Positions 28,301 to 38,500 are shown, numbered from the stretch's first letter. The stretch is DNA of 64,000 nt from Candidatus Multivoradales bacterium (GCA_965223155.1 CBDCVR010000014.1:736001-800000); one strand, 5' to 3'. Program-made: numbers and translations. Notes: generated by a model not told the origin, from the letters alone.

Positions 28301-29053
28301 GCTCGGGGCCTGGAGGGGAACCTTGAAAGGGTACTGGCCTCCGCCGCGACCGACCGTGACATTGCTCGGCAAGCGCACCGGAGCGCCGGACGGGTTGAAC
28401 GCGTCGCTCGTGCCCACGTTGGCGAGATAGAACCCAGCCGCGTCGGTCCAGTCGGTCGAGCCCATGTTCTGGAGCGTCACCGTGGCTTCGTCTTCCGAAG
28501 AGCAGTTCATCGCCGCCGGGAACACCTCGGCGGCGAGGACCGCGTGATCCCCACAGACGACGTTGATGTCCTTGAAGACGATCGAACCGAACCATTCGAC
28601 CCCCTGCTCGGCCATCTGCCACTCCGTGCGCACGACGCCGTGGACGTCCGGGGCGGTCAACTCGACGGTGAACGTGTGCCGCTGTCCCGGAGCGATGGTC
28701 GTGCCTACGGGGAGCCGGACCTTGTTGCCGTTCGGCCGAAACGGATCGTCGTTGTCCGTGACCCCGAGCCGGTGCCCGTTCGTACCGTCCTCGGTCCAGT
28801 CGCCCGTACCGACGTTCTCGAGCCGAATCGTGAACGACTCGGTGTCGCCGCAGTACATCGCGTCCGGCAGGTTCTGCGAGACGACAAGAGCATCATTGAC
28901 GTCGGCGCCGACCGGCGGATCCTCTGGCCCCGGGTCGGGCTCCTGGGCGGTGGCGACCGCGGCTGCCGCGAGCACGGCTGCGCAGGCTCGCCCGATTCTT
29001 CGGTATCGGCGGGAGGGGCTAGCCTTCTGTCGTCCCATCCCAACCCACTCCAT
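25289..29053 (-). CDS. gene A3: NBR1-Ig/IPT scaffold + diverged MepA-like murein endopeptidase tip; putative polymorphic toxin
   Basis: PGCLVNS, NDLSLQRGG, HATHENGLDLD, HHNHLHIRF motifs. Confidence 0.8.
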   Translation of the reverse strand: MEWVGMGRQKASPSRRYRRIGRACAAVLAAAAVATAQEPDPGPEDPPVGADVNDALVVSQNLPDAMYCGDTESFTIRLENVGTGDWTEDGTNGHRLGVTDNDDPFRPNGNKVRLPVGTTIAPGQRHTFTVELTAPDVHGVVRTEWQMAEQGVEWFGSIVFKDINVVCGDHAVLAAEVFPAAMNCSSEDEATVTLQNMGSTDWTDAAGFYLANVGTSDAFNPSGAPVRLPSNVTVGRGGGQYPFKVPLQAPSDTHQNDVMTLWQMEHNGEPFGPLVTARIDVDCVNAATRVSDTLPDSMTCGSTLVREITLRNGGSKPWTAAGGHQLGVPGDTDPFNPSGARVHLPASLAIEENDSHTFDVSLVAPETATTLTTEWQMVENGQWFGEKVSKTITVTCQDAAQAVGHNLPSQMACGEVGTYAVTMKNTGDTVWTRADGYKLGPTGGSDPFRADATRVQLPTSASIAPQSQHSFSVSLTAPAQPGSYVTEWQMVNEGVGWFGGVVSHPIEVACQTGANDADIVSANVPSPMALGSTHTISVSVANNGTSTWQAGTHRLAVDTDLDFFPASVELPAGAQIDESGSHSFVFEVTIPGSAVPGYYSVRWQMETTSGTRFGELDASAIQVTNPTAGSPTLTDALIVVPQGAVTRTTLSGGNLQGADVSFGLPGGANKGLPSVASVSSSASQLTLDIDARSADVGFKALAIATDGGIDFALVRILPKGPVVDSYTPSEVARGRQYLLQIAGANLSGATLSVSGSGLRFHSVRTAPNGVLATLAVTHGASLGASELVVTTSEGSVRLPLTVGGSTATASVAETLIGGTGVRLQAPRPTETLLQPDVTLPTGSILSGCYSKNYRYNILDFDESQTLWKDLESLADMAPSEVVSLLPGAEKFLELNVLHVIARLEIEGSLVGCVLIDPFNSDNVFEFAIDLEICANYETRGTIPLVRGWSISGLWCYGFEGPTFENETEPSGELNALSVGTEDECVRVVDVTVIEGDPEWPPRTGRRTVQVQLPQRCGCAGGSTETRLFASASGTGFSPFDTGVDPGPHVSGSCTACHHIGGYGTIGGKREPGCLVNSSALGTSEHFGRYGGWQAHDYSCDWSVISWLRAAAQQFHNPTVGRNPNWQGEEIQPMFNDLSLQRGGDTPDHATHENGLDLDMRYFHNWDDGPFEFRGTSNDDATFEPAVTCNFLKLLNGSSSGTGDRILTILSDERSKLKKRCKDLASKFSYVGDHHNHLHIRFKQPQTALELRCDQ

Positions 29054-29168
29054 CGTTGGTCACGGGCTGGAATGCGTTGGCGGACGACGACTCGCGGCTC
29101 AGAAAGCCCTGAGAGCGACGGGCTCGCGCCGCCGGAGAACCGACACAACCATTACCAACCACGCGGTC

Positions 29169-29197
29169 AGGGTAGTGGAAAACGTTGCGACTTGCAA
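29169..29197 (-). promoter_or_regulatory. putative promoter of A3-B3 operon (TTGCAA-N17-TACCCT); -35 lies inside palindrome GACTTGCAAGTC (29189-29200)
   Basis: Minus strand TTGCAA gtcgcaacgttttccac TACCCT. Confidence 0.55.
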
Positions 29198-29267
29198 GTC
29201 AATCGATAATCTGGGTCTAGACTCGAGCCTCGTCTTCCTGGCGATCCGTGCCTGCTCTTCTCACCGG

Positions 29268-30968
29268 CTAGCTACCCGGCTCTAGAGCCACCGCCGCCGC
29301 CACGGCCAAGGACGTGACGATCCGGAGCCGGCGATCGAGCGGCGGCGCCACCAGCGTGAGCCGCTCGCCGCCGGGCCAGATCACGGTCAGCCGATCGGCC
29401 GAGTCGCGCTCGGCTGGTCCGACCCCGAAGATCGTGGTGGCGGGATTCTGGGAATGGAACGAGGAGGCCGTGCGCATCTCGCGGAGCTGGCGCCGGCCGG
29501 CCGCTTCGAGCTCCAAGCGCGCGCCGATCCCTAGCGGGTTGCCGCCAGGCGCCGCTAGACCGACCTGGAGCCACCGGTGGCCAGACGAGGTGACGTTCTC
29601 GTAGACCTCGGCCAGGTCGTTGGAGTTCGAGATCACGAGATCGGCGTCGCCGTCGCCGTCCAGATCGCCGCTCGCCAAGCCGCGGCTGACTCGCACCTCC
29701 GACAGGCCCGCCTCCGGCTCGACCCGGAAGCGGCCGCTTCCTTGGTTGACGTAGATCTGGTTGGCCTGCCGGTAGCTGCTATGCGCTTGGTGGACCTCGG
29801 CGTTGTCCAGGATGTGGCCGTTGGCGATGGCGAGATCCAGATCACCGTCCAGGTCGAAGTCCTCCAGATCGGCCCCGAAGGCCAGCTTCATGAGCGAGGC
29901 CTCGGCCACGTTCGACGCGTACCGGTTGTCCAGGAACAAGTCGCCGCCGGCGTTCTTGTACAGGGCGTTGGTCTCGAGCTCGTAGTTCGTGACCGCGATG
30001 TCGAGCCAACCGTCGCCGTCCACGTCGCCCAGATCGACGCCCATCCCGGCCTCGGGCCGTCCGCTATCGCCATAGGCCGTTCCGGACAGCAGCGAGACGT
30101 CCTCGAAGGTGCCGTCCCCCCGGTTCAGAAAGAGGTAGTTCGAGACCGAGTCGTTGGCAACGTAGAGATCCGGCCAGCCATCGTTGGTGACGTCGCCGAA
30201 GACGACGCCCAGCCCGGCGCGCGGCTTGTCGGTCACGAGACCGGCGGTTTCGAGCGCGCGCTCGAAGCGGCCGTCGCCCAGGTTGCGGAAAAAGACGTCG
30301 GTCTGGCCATCGAAGCTCGCCGGCGCACAGTAGCCGGGAATGCCGTTGGTGTTGCACTCCTTGTGGCCCGCGATCGTGAACTCGACGTAGTTGGCGACGT
30401 AGAGATCCAGATCGCCGTCGCGGTCGGTGTCGGCAAACCCTGCCGAGGTACCCCAGCCGGCATCGGCGGTCCCGGTCTCGGCGGTCGCTTTGATGAAGGT
30501 GCCATCGCCCTGGTTGCGCCACATGACGTTCTCACCCCAGGCGGTCAGGTAGAGATCGGTGTCGCCGTCTCCGTCGATGTCCGCGGCCGATCCGCCCGTG
30601 CCGTAGGCGGGCGTCTCAAGACCCGCCCGCTCGGTCACGTCCACGAAGCGGCCGCCGCCGTCGTTGCGGTAGAGCGCCGTTCGGGCCGGCTCGCCTTCGT
30701 AGCCGGGCAGCGCGCCGGCGTCGGTGAAGAGCACATCCGGATCGCCATCGCCGTCGTAGTCGAAAAGCAGCACGCCCCCGCCCAGGGTCTCGAGGAAGTA
30801 GCGCCGGCCGGAGCCGCCGTGATGGTGGCGAAAGACCAAGCCCCAGGCTTCGGACGTCTCACGGAACCGCGGGCCGGCCGGAGCGCCGTCGGCGCGAGCA
30901 GCACCGGCGCCGGGAGCGCTCGCAAGCGCGAACGCGGCCGCCAAGGTCCAGATCCGGAAGCGTCTCAT
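29268..30968 (-). CDS. CRTAC1-family / ASPIC-UnbV protein, secreted
   Basis: Signal peptide; FRHHHGGSGRRY; FG-GAP repeats; SFHSQN..IFGVG; close paralogue of 279..2009. Confidence 0.88.
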   Translation of the reverse strand: MRRFRIWTLAAAFALASAPGAGAARADGAPAGPRFRETSEAWGLVFRHHHGGSGRRYFLETLGGGVLLFDYDGDGDPDVLFTDAGALPGYEGEPARTALYRNDGGGRFVDVTERAGLETPAYGTGGSAADIDGDGDTDLYLTAWGENVMWRNQGDGTFIKATAETGTADAGWGTSAGFADTDRDGDLDLYVANYVEFTIAGHKECNTNGIPGYCAPASFDGQTDVFFRNLGDGRFERALETAGLVTDKPRAGLGVVFGDVTNDGWPDLYVANDSVSNYLFLNRGDGTFEDVSLLSGTAYGDSGRPEAGMGVDLGDVDGDGWLDIAVTNYELETNALYKNAGGDLFLDNRYASNVAEASLMKLAFGADLEDFDLDGDLDLAIANGHILDNAEVHQAHSSYRQANQIYVNQGSGRFRVEPEAGLSEVRVSRGLASGDLDGDGDADLVISNSNDLAEVYENVTSSGHRWLQVGLAAPGGNPLGIGARLELEAAGRRQLREMRTASSFHSQNPATTIFGVGPAERDSADRLTVIWPGGERLTLVAPPLDRRLRIVTSLAVAAAVALEPGS

Positions 30969-32671
30969 TCGTAGATGGTAATCCGTCGCTCGCCGGGCAG
31001 GTCGAGCAGCTCTTGCCGGCGGCCCGACGGCCAGGAAACGCGAACGCGTTCGGTTCGTTGGTGCTCGCCCAGGCCCAGGTGGGCGGTGAGCTCGTCCTGG
31101 GACAGGTACGAGCCGGAGGTTCGGACCTCGCGTACCAGGCGGCCGGAGCCGGTCCAGGCCTCGACGCGGGCGCCGACTCCGAAGCGGTCGGACGAGCGCC
31201 CGCGCAGCTCGATCCGCAGCTCCCGGCCGAGCCCGGTCGAGACGTTCTCGTAGACCTCGGCCGGCTCGTCGGAATTGGAGACCACCAGATCCAGATCGCC
31301 GTCGCCGTCCAGATCCCCCAGCGCCTGCCCGCGGCTCGAGCGCACGACGTCGAGCCCGGCCCTATCGGCCTCGATCATCTTGCCGGAACCGTCGTTTTCA
31401 AACACCTGGTTCGCCTGCCGGAAGGTCGTACCGCGATCCCAGGCGTCGATGTTGTGAATGATGTGGCCGTTGGCTACCGCCAGATCCAGGTCGCCATCGT
31501 GGTCCAGGTCGGCCAAGGTGACGCCGAACCCGACCTTGGCGAAGGAGGGGGTCTCGACGCCGGTCATCCGTCGCCGGTCTACGTAGAACCCGCCTTCGCG
31601 GCGCGAATAGACGGCATTGCTCTGCCGATCCAGATGGGTGACGACCAGCTCCGGTCCGCCATCCCCATCCATGTCGCCGATAGCGATCCCCATCCCGGCT
31701 TCGGGCTGGCCCCGATCGCCGTAGGCCACTCCCGCCGCCAGTCCCTCCTCGGCTGGCCCGTCGGCCAGGCTGCCTCCCGGAGCCGGCGCCCGCAGCAGGT
31801 GGTTGGGCGTCATGTCATTGGCGACGTAGATTTCGGGCCGGCCGTCGCCCTCCTCGTCCAGAAAGGCCACGCCGAGACCCTTGCCCGGAGCACGGATCAC
31901 CTCGTCCGGCAGGGCGATGGGCACAAAGCGGCCGTCGACATTCTCGAAGAGCGCGTCCGCGACGCCGTCGTAGGCGTCCGGATGGCAGTACGAGCGCAAC
32001 GACCGGCTGAGATCGCCGCACGGCTTATTGGTGGCCACCGTGAAATCGACGTAGTTGGCAACGTAGAGATCCAGGTCCCCATCGCCCTCTAGATCCCCAA
32101 AGGCGGCCGAAGTGGACCAGCGCTCGTCGGCCGCTCCGGCGGCACCGATCACCGGCCGGAAGCTACCGTGGCCGGTGTTCTCGAAGAGATCATTCGTGCC
32201 GAAGGCGGTCAAGTAGAGATCCAGGTCTCCGTCCCGGTCGAAATCGCCCGCGCTGCCTCCCATGCCGTATCCCGAAGGCTCGAGACCGGCGTGCTCGGAG
32301 ACGTCCACAAAGCGGCCGCCCTCATTCCGGAAAAGCCGCGGCCGCGCCGCCGGGCCGCTCCCGGGCGGCAAGGTGCCGCTATCCAGAAACAGGACGTCCG
32401 GATCCCCGTCTCCGTCGTAGTCGAACAGGACCACCCCCGAGCCCATGGTCTCGGGCATGAAAAAGCTGCCGGAGCCACCGTGGCGATGCTCGAAGGCAAG
32501 ACCCATCGCGGCCGAGGATTCCCGGAATCGGAGCTCGGCGCCCTCGGCCGGAAGCGCAAGAGCCAAGAGACCGAGGGCGGCAATCCCAGCGCGGACCAGA
32601 ACTCGGCCGGATCCCCATGGGAGGCTCCTGAACGGCGGACGCAAGCGCGGCAATCGCAAAGGACGGGTCAC
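30965..32671 (-). CDS. CRTAC1-family / ASPIC-UnbV protein, secreted
   Basis: FG-GAP repeats, AGMGIAIGD, SYLSQDELTAHLGLG; stop overlaps the next start. Confidence 0.88.
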   Translation of the reverse strand: MTRPLRLPRLRPPFRSLPWGSGRVLVRAGIAALGLLALALPAEGAELRFRESSAAMGLAFEHRHGGSGSFFMPETMGSGVVLFDYDGDGDPDVLFLDSGTLPPGSGPAARPRLFRNEGGRFVDVSEHAGLEPSGYGMGGSAGDFDRDGDLDLYLTAFGTNDLFENTGHGSFRPVIGAAGAADERWSTSAAFGDLEGDGDLDLYVANYVDFTVATNKPCGDLSRSLRSYCHPDAYDGVADALFENVDGRFVPIALPDEVIRAPGKGLGVAFLDEEGDGRPEIYVANDMTPNHLLRAPAPGGSLADGPAEEGLAAGVAYGDRGQPEAGMGIAIGDMDGDGGPELVVTHLDRQSNAVYSRREGGFYVDRRRMTGVETPSFAKVGFGVTLADLDHDGDLDLAVANGHIIHNIDAWDRGTTFRQANQVFENDGSGKMIEADRAGLDVVRSSRGQALGDLDGDGDLDLVVSNSDEPAEVYENVSTGLGRELRIELRGRSSDRFGVGARVEAWTGSGRLVREVRTSGSYLSQDELTAHLGLGEHQRTERVRVSWPSGRRQELLDLPGERRITIYE

Positions 32672-32802
32672 CAGTCAGAAGGAATGAGTGAGACGCCGAA
32701 ATCGGTGTCGGGTTGCCGTGGCGGCTCGACGCTCGCCCGGCTCAGGAGCGATCTTTGCACGAAATCTGCCAGTGGCCCGGGGCCGGGCCGGTACGAACCC
32801 CT

Positions 32803-35403
32803 ATGCTACGCTCGCTTTCCCAAGGCGCCCGCTTCGAGCGCTTCCTCCCGCCTCGATCGTCCCGTCCGACCGCTATCGTGCCCGCTCCGGAGACACCCTC
32901 GGCCTTGGCGGCATCGGCGCTCACGAGACCGGCCCGACAGCGCCTCGCCCGCCGCCTCACGGCCCCGGTGTTGGCTGGCCTCATGCTGATAGTCCTGGCC
33001 GCCGTCGGGCCGGCCCAGGAAGCTCCCATCGCCCCTCCGGCGCTCGCCACCCCGACCGCCACCGCCCTTGCCGAAGCAGGGCGACAGGAACTGGATCGCC
33101 TGGCGCGCCACGACGGCACCATCCGCTCCCGCCAGCAGATGCTGTTGCGCAACCTGTCGCGCTACTACGTCCGCTACCTGGTGCCGTCCTCGCCCGAGGA
33201 GCTCTCCCGAGTGCTGGGTACCCTCGAGCGCATGGTTCGGAGTGCCGGCTTCGCCATCCTGAGCGCCACCGCCCAGGCGGCCAACGGCGAAGCTGTCAGC
33301 GAACCGGGAGAGGAACCGGCGTCCGAGATCACGTCCGAACACGTCCGGGCCGTCGCCGAGCGCATTCTGCCCAGCCGGGTCGATCGAGACTCGAGGGTCT
33401 TTTTCCCCACCGGCTTTCCCTCCGACTTTCCCTCCGGCGGGGGCGGCTTCCCCACCGACGGGGGCGCGCCCGGACAGCCGGTGGCGATCGAGCTCGTCGA
33501 TCTCGAGGCGCTCCGGGATTCGGGCCTCGCCGCCGAGACCCTCCTGGCCCTCGCCCAGGCGGCCCAGCAGAGCGGGCTCGCCAACCCGTTGGAGCCGGGC
33601 GCGGTCGAGGCCCTGGCCGAGGCCATCAACGCCTACGCGCTTCTGGTCCTCCGGCTGGGAGGGCTCCATGCCCGCCTGGAGCTGGCCGAGGCCCTGGGAA
33701 GCCGCCACTTTCGCGAGGCCGGCAAGTCGATCGCCGGGCGCGCCGTTCCCGCCGACCCGCTGGCACCCCCTGGCGGCGACGACGCTCCGGCTCACCCCGG
33801 CAGACTCTTCGAAGACGCGACCAGCGAGGCCGGGCTCGCCTTCGACCACCGCAGCAGCCCCTGGCTGGCCCGGTTCCGGCGCTACGGCCGGACCGCGCCC
33901 ACCTTCAGCGGCGGCGGTGTCAGCGCCGGCGACCTCGACGGCAACTCCTTCCTAGACCTGGTGATCTGCGGCGGCAGCGGCTGCCGCTTCTTTGCCGGCG
34001 GTCCGGAAGGCCGTTTCGAAGACCGCACCGCGGCCTCCGGTCTCGGGATCGAGGGCGAGGCCCGGATGGCGCTTCTTGCCGACTTCGACAGCGACGGCAC
34101 GACCGACGTCTTCGTGACCTACGCCCGCGACACGAACCGGCTCTTCCGCGGTCTCGGCGGCGGCCGCTTCGAGGACGTAACGGCGGCCTCGGGCCTCGAG
34201 CGCGAGGGCGACGTCAGCGGCCCGGCGGCGGCGGTCGACGTCGACAACGACGGTCTCCTCGACCTCTACGTCGGCAACTTTGGCGATTATCTGGCCGGGG
34301 AGAACCCCTGGGCCCCCAACAACTCACGCAATGCTCAGTCCAACCGGCTGTACCGGAACCTGGGCGGGCTCCGCTTCGAAGACGCCACCGAAGCGGCCGG
34401 CGTCGGCGACACCGGCTGGACCCAGGCGCTGTCCCACGCCGACCTGGATCGGGACGGGGACCAGGACCTCTACGTCGCCAACGACTTCGGCCCCAACGAG
34501 CTCTTCGTAAACCGTGGCGACGGCACCTTCGCCGCCGCCGGCACCGCCAGCGGAAGCGACGACCGCTTTCACGGCATGAATGCCTCGTTCACGGACTTGA
34601 ACGGCGATCGCTATCCGGACGTCTTCATCACCAACATCTGGTTTCGAAACGCGGTGAGCGGCGCCGTCACCGAGACCAACACCCTGCTGCTGTCGGAGCC
34701 GAAATCGGACGGCAGCCTCGGGTATCGCCGGCACGAAGACGAGGCCTTCCTGGCGCACGACACCGGCTGGTCGTGGGCCGCGGTCTTTCTGGATCTCGAA
34801 AACGACGGCGACCAGGACCTTTTTGTCGCCAACGGATTCACCGACTACCTGACCTTCATCCAGTACCGGCCGCACCCCGAGATTCCGAGCCGCATGTACC
34901 CGATCAACAACGGGCGCGAGCCCAACCGGATGTTCCGCAATGATTCCGGCATCCCCTCGGTACCGATCGAGGGCGAGCCCACGGATCTCGCCGGCCGCAA
35001 CACCCGCTCGGCCCTGGCCTTCGACTACGACGGCGATCACGACTTGGATCTGGTGGCGACGACGTTCCACGGCCCGGCGGTCCTGTTCCGCAACCTGGCG
35101 GCCGAACAGGGCCGCAGTGGCAACTGGCTCGAGGTGGATCTTGTCGGCTCGCCCGAGGACGGCGTCAACCGAGCGGGCATCGGAGCGCAGATCTCGGCCG
35201 AGGCCGGAGCCTGGCAAGGCTGGCGCGCGATCACCGGCGGCGAAGGCTACCTGGGCATGGGTCCGGCGCGAGCCTACTTCGGTCTGGGTTCGGTCGAGCG
35301 CGTCGATCTCGAGATCCTGTGGCCGAACGGCGCCCGGCAGACCGTCCCCGGCGTCGCCGCCAACCAGCGCCTGCGCATCGCCTACGCCCCCGACGCCGGC
35401 TAG
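32803..35403 (+). CDS. CRTAC1-family / ASPIC-UnbV protein with an extra N-terminal helical domain
   Basis: FG-GAP repeats from ~aa 340; GEGYLGMG..AYFGLG; start uncertain (32803 ATG or 32878 GTG). Confidence 0.82.
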   Translation: MLRSLSQGARFERFLPPRSSRPTAIVPAPETPSALAASALTRPARQRLARRLTAPVLAGLMLIVLAAVGPAQEAPIAPPALATPTATALAEAGRQELDRLARHDGTIRSRQQMLLRNLSRYYVRYLVPSSPEELSRVLGTLERMVRSAGFAILSATAQAANGEAVSEPGEEPASEITSEHVRAVAERILPSRVDRDSRVFFPTGFPSDFPSGGGGFPTDGGAPGQPVAIELVDLEALRDSGLAAETLLALAQAAQQSGLANPLEPGAVEALAEAINAYALLVLRLGGLHARLELAEALGSRHFREAGKSIAGRAVPADPLAPPGGDDAPAHPGRLFEDATSEAGLAFDHRSSPWLARFRRYGRTAPTFSGGGVSAGDLDGNSFLDLVICGGSGCRFFAGGPEGRFEDRTAASGLGIEGEARMALLADFDSDGTTDVFVTYARDTNRLFRGLGGGRFEDVTAASGLEREGDVSGPAAAVDVDNDGLLDLYVGNFGDYLAGENPWAPNNSRNAQSNRLYRNLGGLRFEDATEAAGVGDTGWTQALSHADLDRDGDQDLYVANDFGPNELFVNRGDGTFAAAGTASGSDDRFHGMNASFTDLNGDRYPDVFITNIWFRNAVSGAVTETNTLLLSEPKSDGSLGYRRHEDEAFLAHDTGWSWAAVFLDLENDGDQDLFVANGFTDYLTFIQYRPHPEIPSRMYPINNGREPNRMFRNDSGIPSVPIEGEPTDLAGRNTRSALAFDYDGDHDLDLVATTFHGPAVLFRNLAAEQGRSGNWLEVDLVGSPEDGVNRAGIGAQISAEAGAWQGWRAITGGEGYLGMGPARAYFGLGSVERVDLEILWPNGARQTVPGVAANQRLRIAYAPDAG

Positions 35404-35528
35404 GCACGCTCGCATCCTCCGGGGGAGCGCGCGCGAAGCTCCAACCCGGAGGGCCGCCAGCTCATGCTCGCTTTCGAGCGGCCTCGACGCGAATTCCCCG
35501 TCCCGTTCGGAGGATAATGGAGCCACCC

Positions 35529-38500
35529 ATGCGGCTCGCGATCCTTGGCCTCGTTGTCACCGTCCTGGCCTGCGCCGGCGCCGGTGCCGGCACCGGTGGC
35601 GGCGCCTCTTCTGATCCCTCTGGCGATCCCTCTGGCGATCCCTCCGGCGCTACCGCCGAGATGACCGACGAGCTGCGCTGGCGGCGAGCCGCCGAGCTGC
35701 GCAGCCTGGGCCTCGCCGATCTCGAGGAAGGCGATTTCGAGCGAGCCGCCGAGGCGTTCTCGGAGCTCGCTCGGCTCCTTCCGGACAACGTGCTGCCGCC
35801 CATCAATCTCGCCATCTGCCACGCCCGGCTGAATCGAACGGCGGAGGCTCAGGCCGAGATCGACCGGGCGAGCCGGCTGCGTCCGGACAATCCGCAGCTC
35901 CTCTTCGCTTTGGCCTCTCTGCTCTCGGAGCCAGCCTCCGAGCCGTCCCCGCCAAGTACCGCACTCGCGGCCCGCCTGAATGAAGCTCTGACCCGCTTCA
36001 GCCGAGCCCATCCGGGCGATCCCCGACCGGCCTACCTGCGGGCCCTCGCCGCCGAGGCACGCGACGACTGGGTGGAAGCGGTCGACGCCTACGCTGACGC
36101 TCTCGACCGCGACCCCGACAACCTGGTCCTGATGGCCGAACGATTGGCGGCGGCCGGCAACGCCGGCGATCTGGAGGCGGCCTCCGATGCCGTGGATGCC
36201 CTGGAGGATCGGCTGAACGGCTTCGGACCGGCCGAGGCCGAGTTCGCGGAGCGCATCCGGCAAGCGGCCTTCGCTGGAGAGACCGCGGCCCTCCGGCCCG
36301 CCGGCCAGGTCCTGCGCAACGTCCTGCGGCCGACCGAGCTTTACCAGGTCGGCTTGCGCGGTCTCGCCGGTCGAGCCATCGGCGCCGGCCGCTTGGGCCT
36401 CTTTCCGCAACTCGACTTCGATCCGCCCCTGCCCAAGAGCGTCCAGGGGGGTCAGGACATCGAAATCACCTTCCGCGCACTCGGCAAGTCAGTCTCTTTT
36501 GGCGCGGGAAGCGGCGGACACGCGCTCCTGCAGCCGGTGGCCGCGAGCTTCCTGGGCAGCGAGTCCGAGTCGGACGACAAGGAACGGCTGCTGGCCAGCG
36601 CCGGCGGCGAGCTGATACTTCTCCGCTCGGCCGACGTCACTGCGGCCGGGGCAAGCGAGACGGCTTCCGGCCCGGGCGCCGGCTCCAAGCTGGACCTCGA
36701 GCTGGATCCGAGCGCGGGCGACGGATGGCCGCTGGCCGCGGCCGATCTCGACGGAGATGGCACTCTGGATCTCGTCCTGGCTGGCGAAGACGGAGGCCTC
36801 TCGGTGGCCACCGGACCGGGGACGCCCGCCGCCGTTCTCGTCGGAACTTCCGGCCGCCCTCCCCGATTTGTCGAGCCGGTGGACCTCGACCATGACGGCG
36901 ATCTGGATCTCGTCGTCGCAAGCGCGGCTGGCGCCGTGTTGCTGCAAAACGACGGCACCGGCCGCTTTGCGGACCGGAGCGACCTTCTGCCCGCCCCGGA
37001 CTCCGCTGGTTCGCCCTTGCGAGCCGTTGCCGCTCTCGACTCCGACGGCGATCTGGACCTCGATCTCATAGGAGTCTTCGCCGACCGCGTCGTCCTCTGG
37101 AGCAACCCGCGCTCGGGACCCTTCCAGCCGGCGGTGGACGGCGCCGGACTGGGCGAGCTGCCCGGCGCGACCGGGCTCCTGGCCGAAGACTTCGACGGCG
37201 ACGGCGACTTCGACCTCTTGCTATGGGGAGACTCCCCGGCCTTGCTCGAGAACTCCGGCGGTTCGTTCACGCCAGCGGCTCTTCCGGAGGCCGCGCAAAC
37301 GACCTGGCGCTTGGCGCTGGCCGCGGACTTCGACAACGACGGCGACCGCGACGTGCTGTACCAGGCCGGCGACGGCACGACCCGGCTGCTTCGGAACCGG
37401 CGCCAGCATTGGACGGTCGAGACCACCGGGCTCGACCCGGAGCGGCCGGACGAGCTCGCCGCCTGGGACTTCGACGGCGACGGCGATCTGGATATCGCTA
37501 CGATCGAGGCCGGCCCGGAGGGCGCCGGCATCCGCCTGTGGGAGAACCGAGGCGGCAACCGCAACGCCTGGCTGCGCCTGCGCCTGGAAGGGCTGACCGA
37601 CAACAACGGCAAGAACAACAGCCAGGGGCTCGACGCCCGGATCGAGGTGCGCTCGGGCGACCACGTACAGACCGCCGCCGGCAATGGCCGCTTCAACCAC
37701 TTCGGCCTGGGTGCGAGCCGTCAGGCCGAAGTCGTGCGCGTGGTCTGGACCAACGGTCTGCCCCAGATATGGCAGCTCGTGGCCGCCAATCGCAGCCTGG
37801 TGGAACGGCAGGTGCTCAAGGGCTCATGCCCGTTTCTCTACACCTGGAACGGCACCGAGTTCGAGTTCGTCACCGATCTCATGTGGAAATCCACCCTGGG
37901 CATGGTCTTCGCCGACGGCAGGAAGGCACCGCACCAATCGGCCCGGGACTGGGTACTGGTGTCGTCGGATGCGCTCGCGAGCGTCAACGGAGAGGCCTGG
38001 TTGCAGGTCACCGAGGAGCTCTGGGAGACCGTCTACCTGGACCGCCTGTTCCTGGTGGCCCTGGACCGTCCGGAAGGCGTCGAAGTGCTTGTGGACGAAC
38101 GCTACCTGCCACCGCCCAACCGGGAAGAGCTCCCGGTACATGCCTTTCGGCGCAGGATGGCCCCGGCCGCCGCGTCCGACCATGCCGGCCGCGACGTTCT
38201 GGACCGGATCGGAACCCGGGACGGCCGCTACGTGGATCGGCTGCCGCTCACCCGCTATCAGGGCGTGACCGAGGGCCAGGAGCTGATCCTCGAGTTTCGG
38301 GACGTGCCCGCCGAGGGCCGGTTGCGTCTGGTCTTGCAAGGCTGGACCTTTCCCACCGACACTTCGATCAACGTCGCCCTTGGCCAGAATCCCGGCCTCG
38401 ACCCGGTACCGCCCCGCCTCGACGTCCGCCAGCCGGATGGAAGCTGGCGCGAGGCCGTTTCCTTTCTGGGCTTTCCCAAGGGCAAGCGCAAGACCCTGAT

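Larger units (their letters stand above)
21040..29203. repeat. tandem ~8 kb unit, copy 3
   Basis: A3 near-identical to A1 (offset 16301) except the C-terminal ~220 codons; B3 tail near-identical to B2, B3 middle near-identical to B1. Confidence 0.9.

Noticed and set aside
9015-29053. Diversity-generating retroelement as the source of the variable ends
   Set aside because: No reverse transcriptase in the window. Differences are not adenine-specific and include whole-domain replacement.
4775-29203. Array as prophage, ICE or transposon
   Set aside because: No integrase, transposase, terminal inverted repeats, att-like short repeats or phage genes were recognised.
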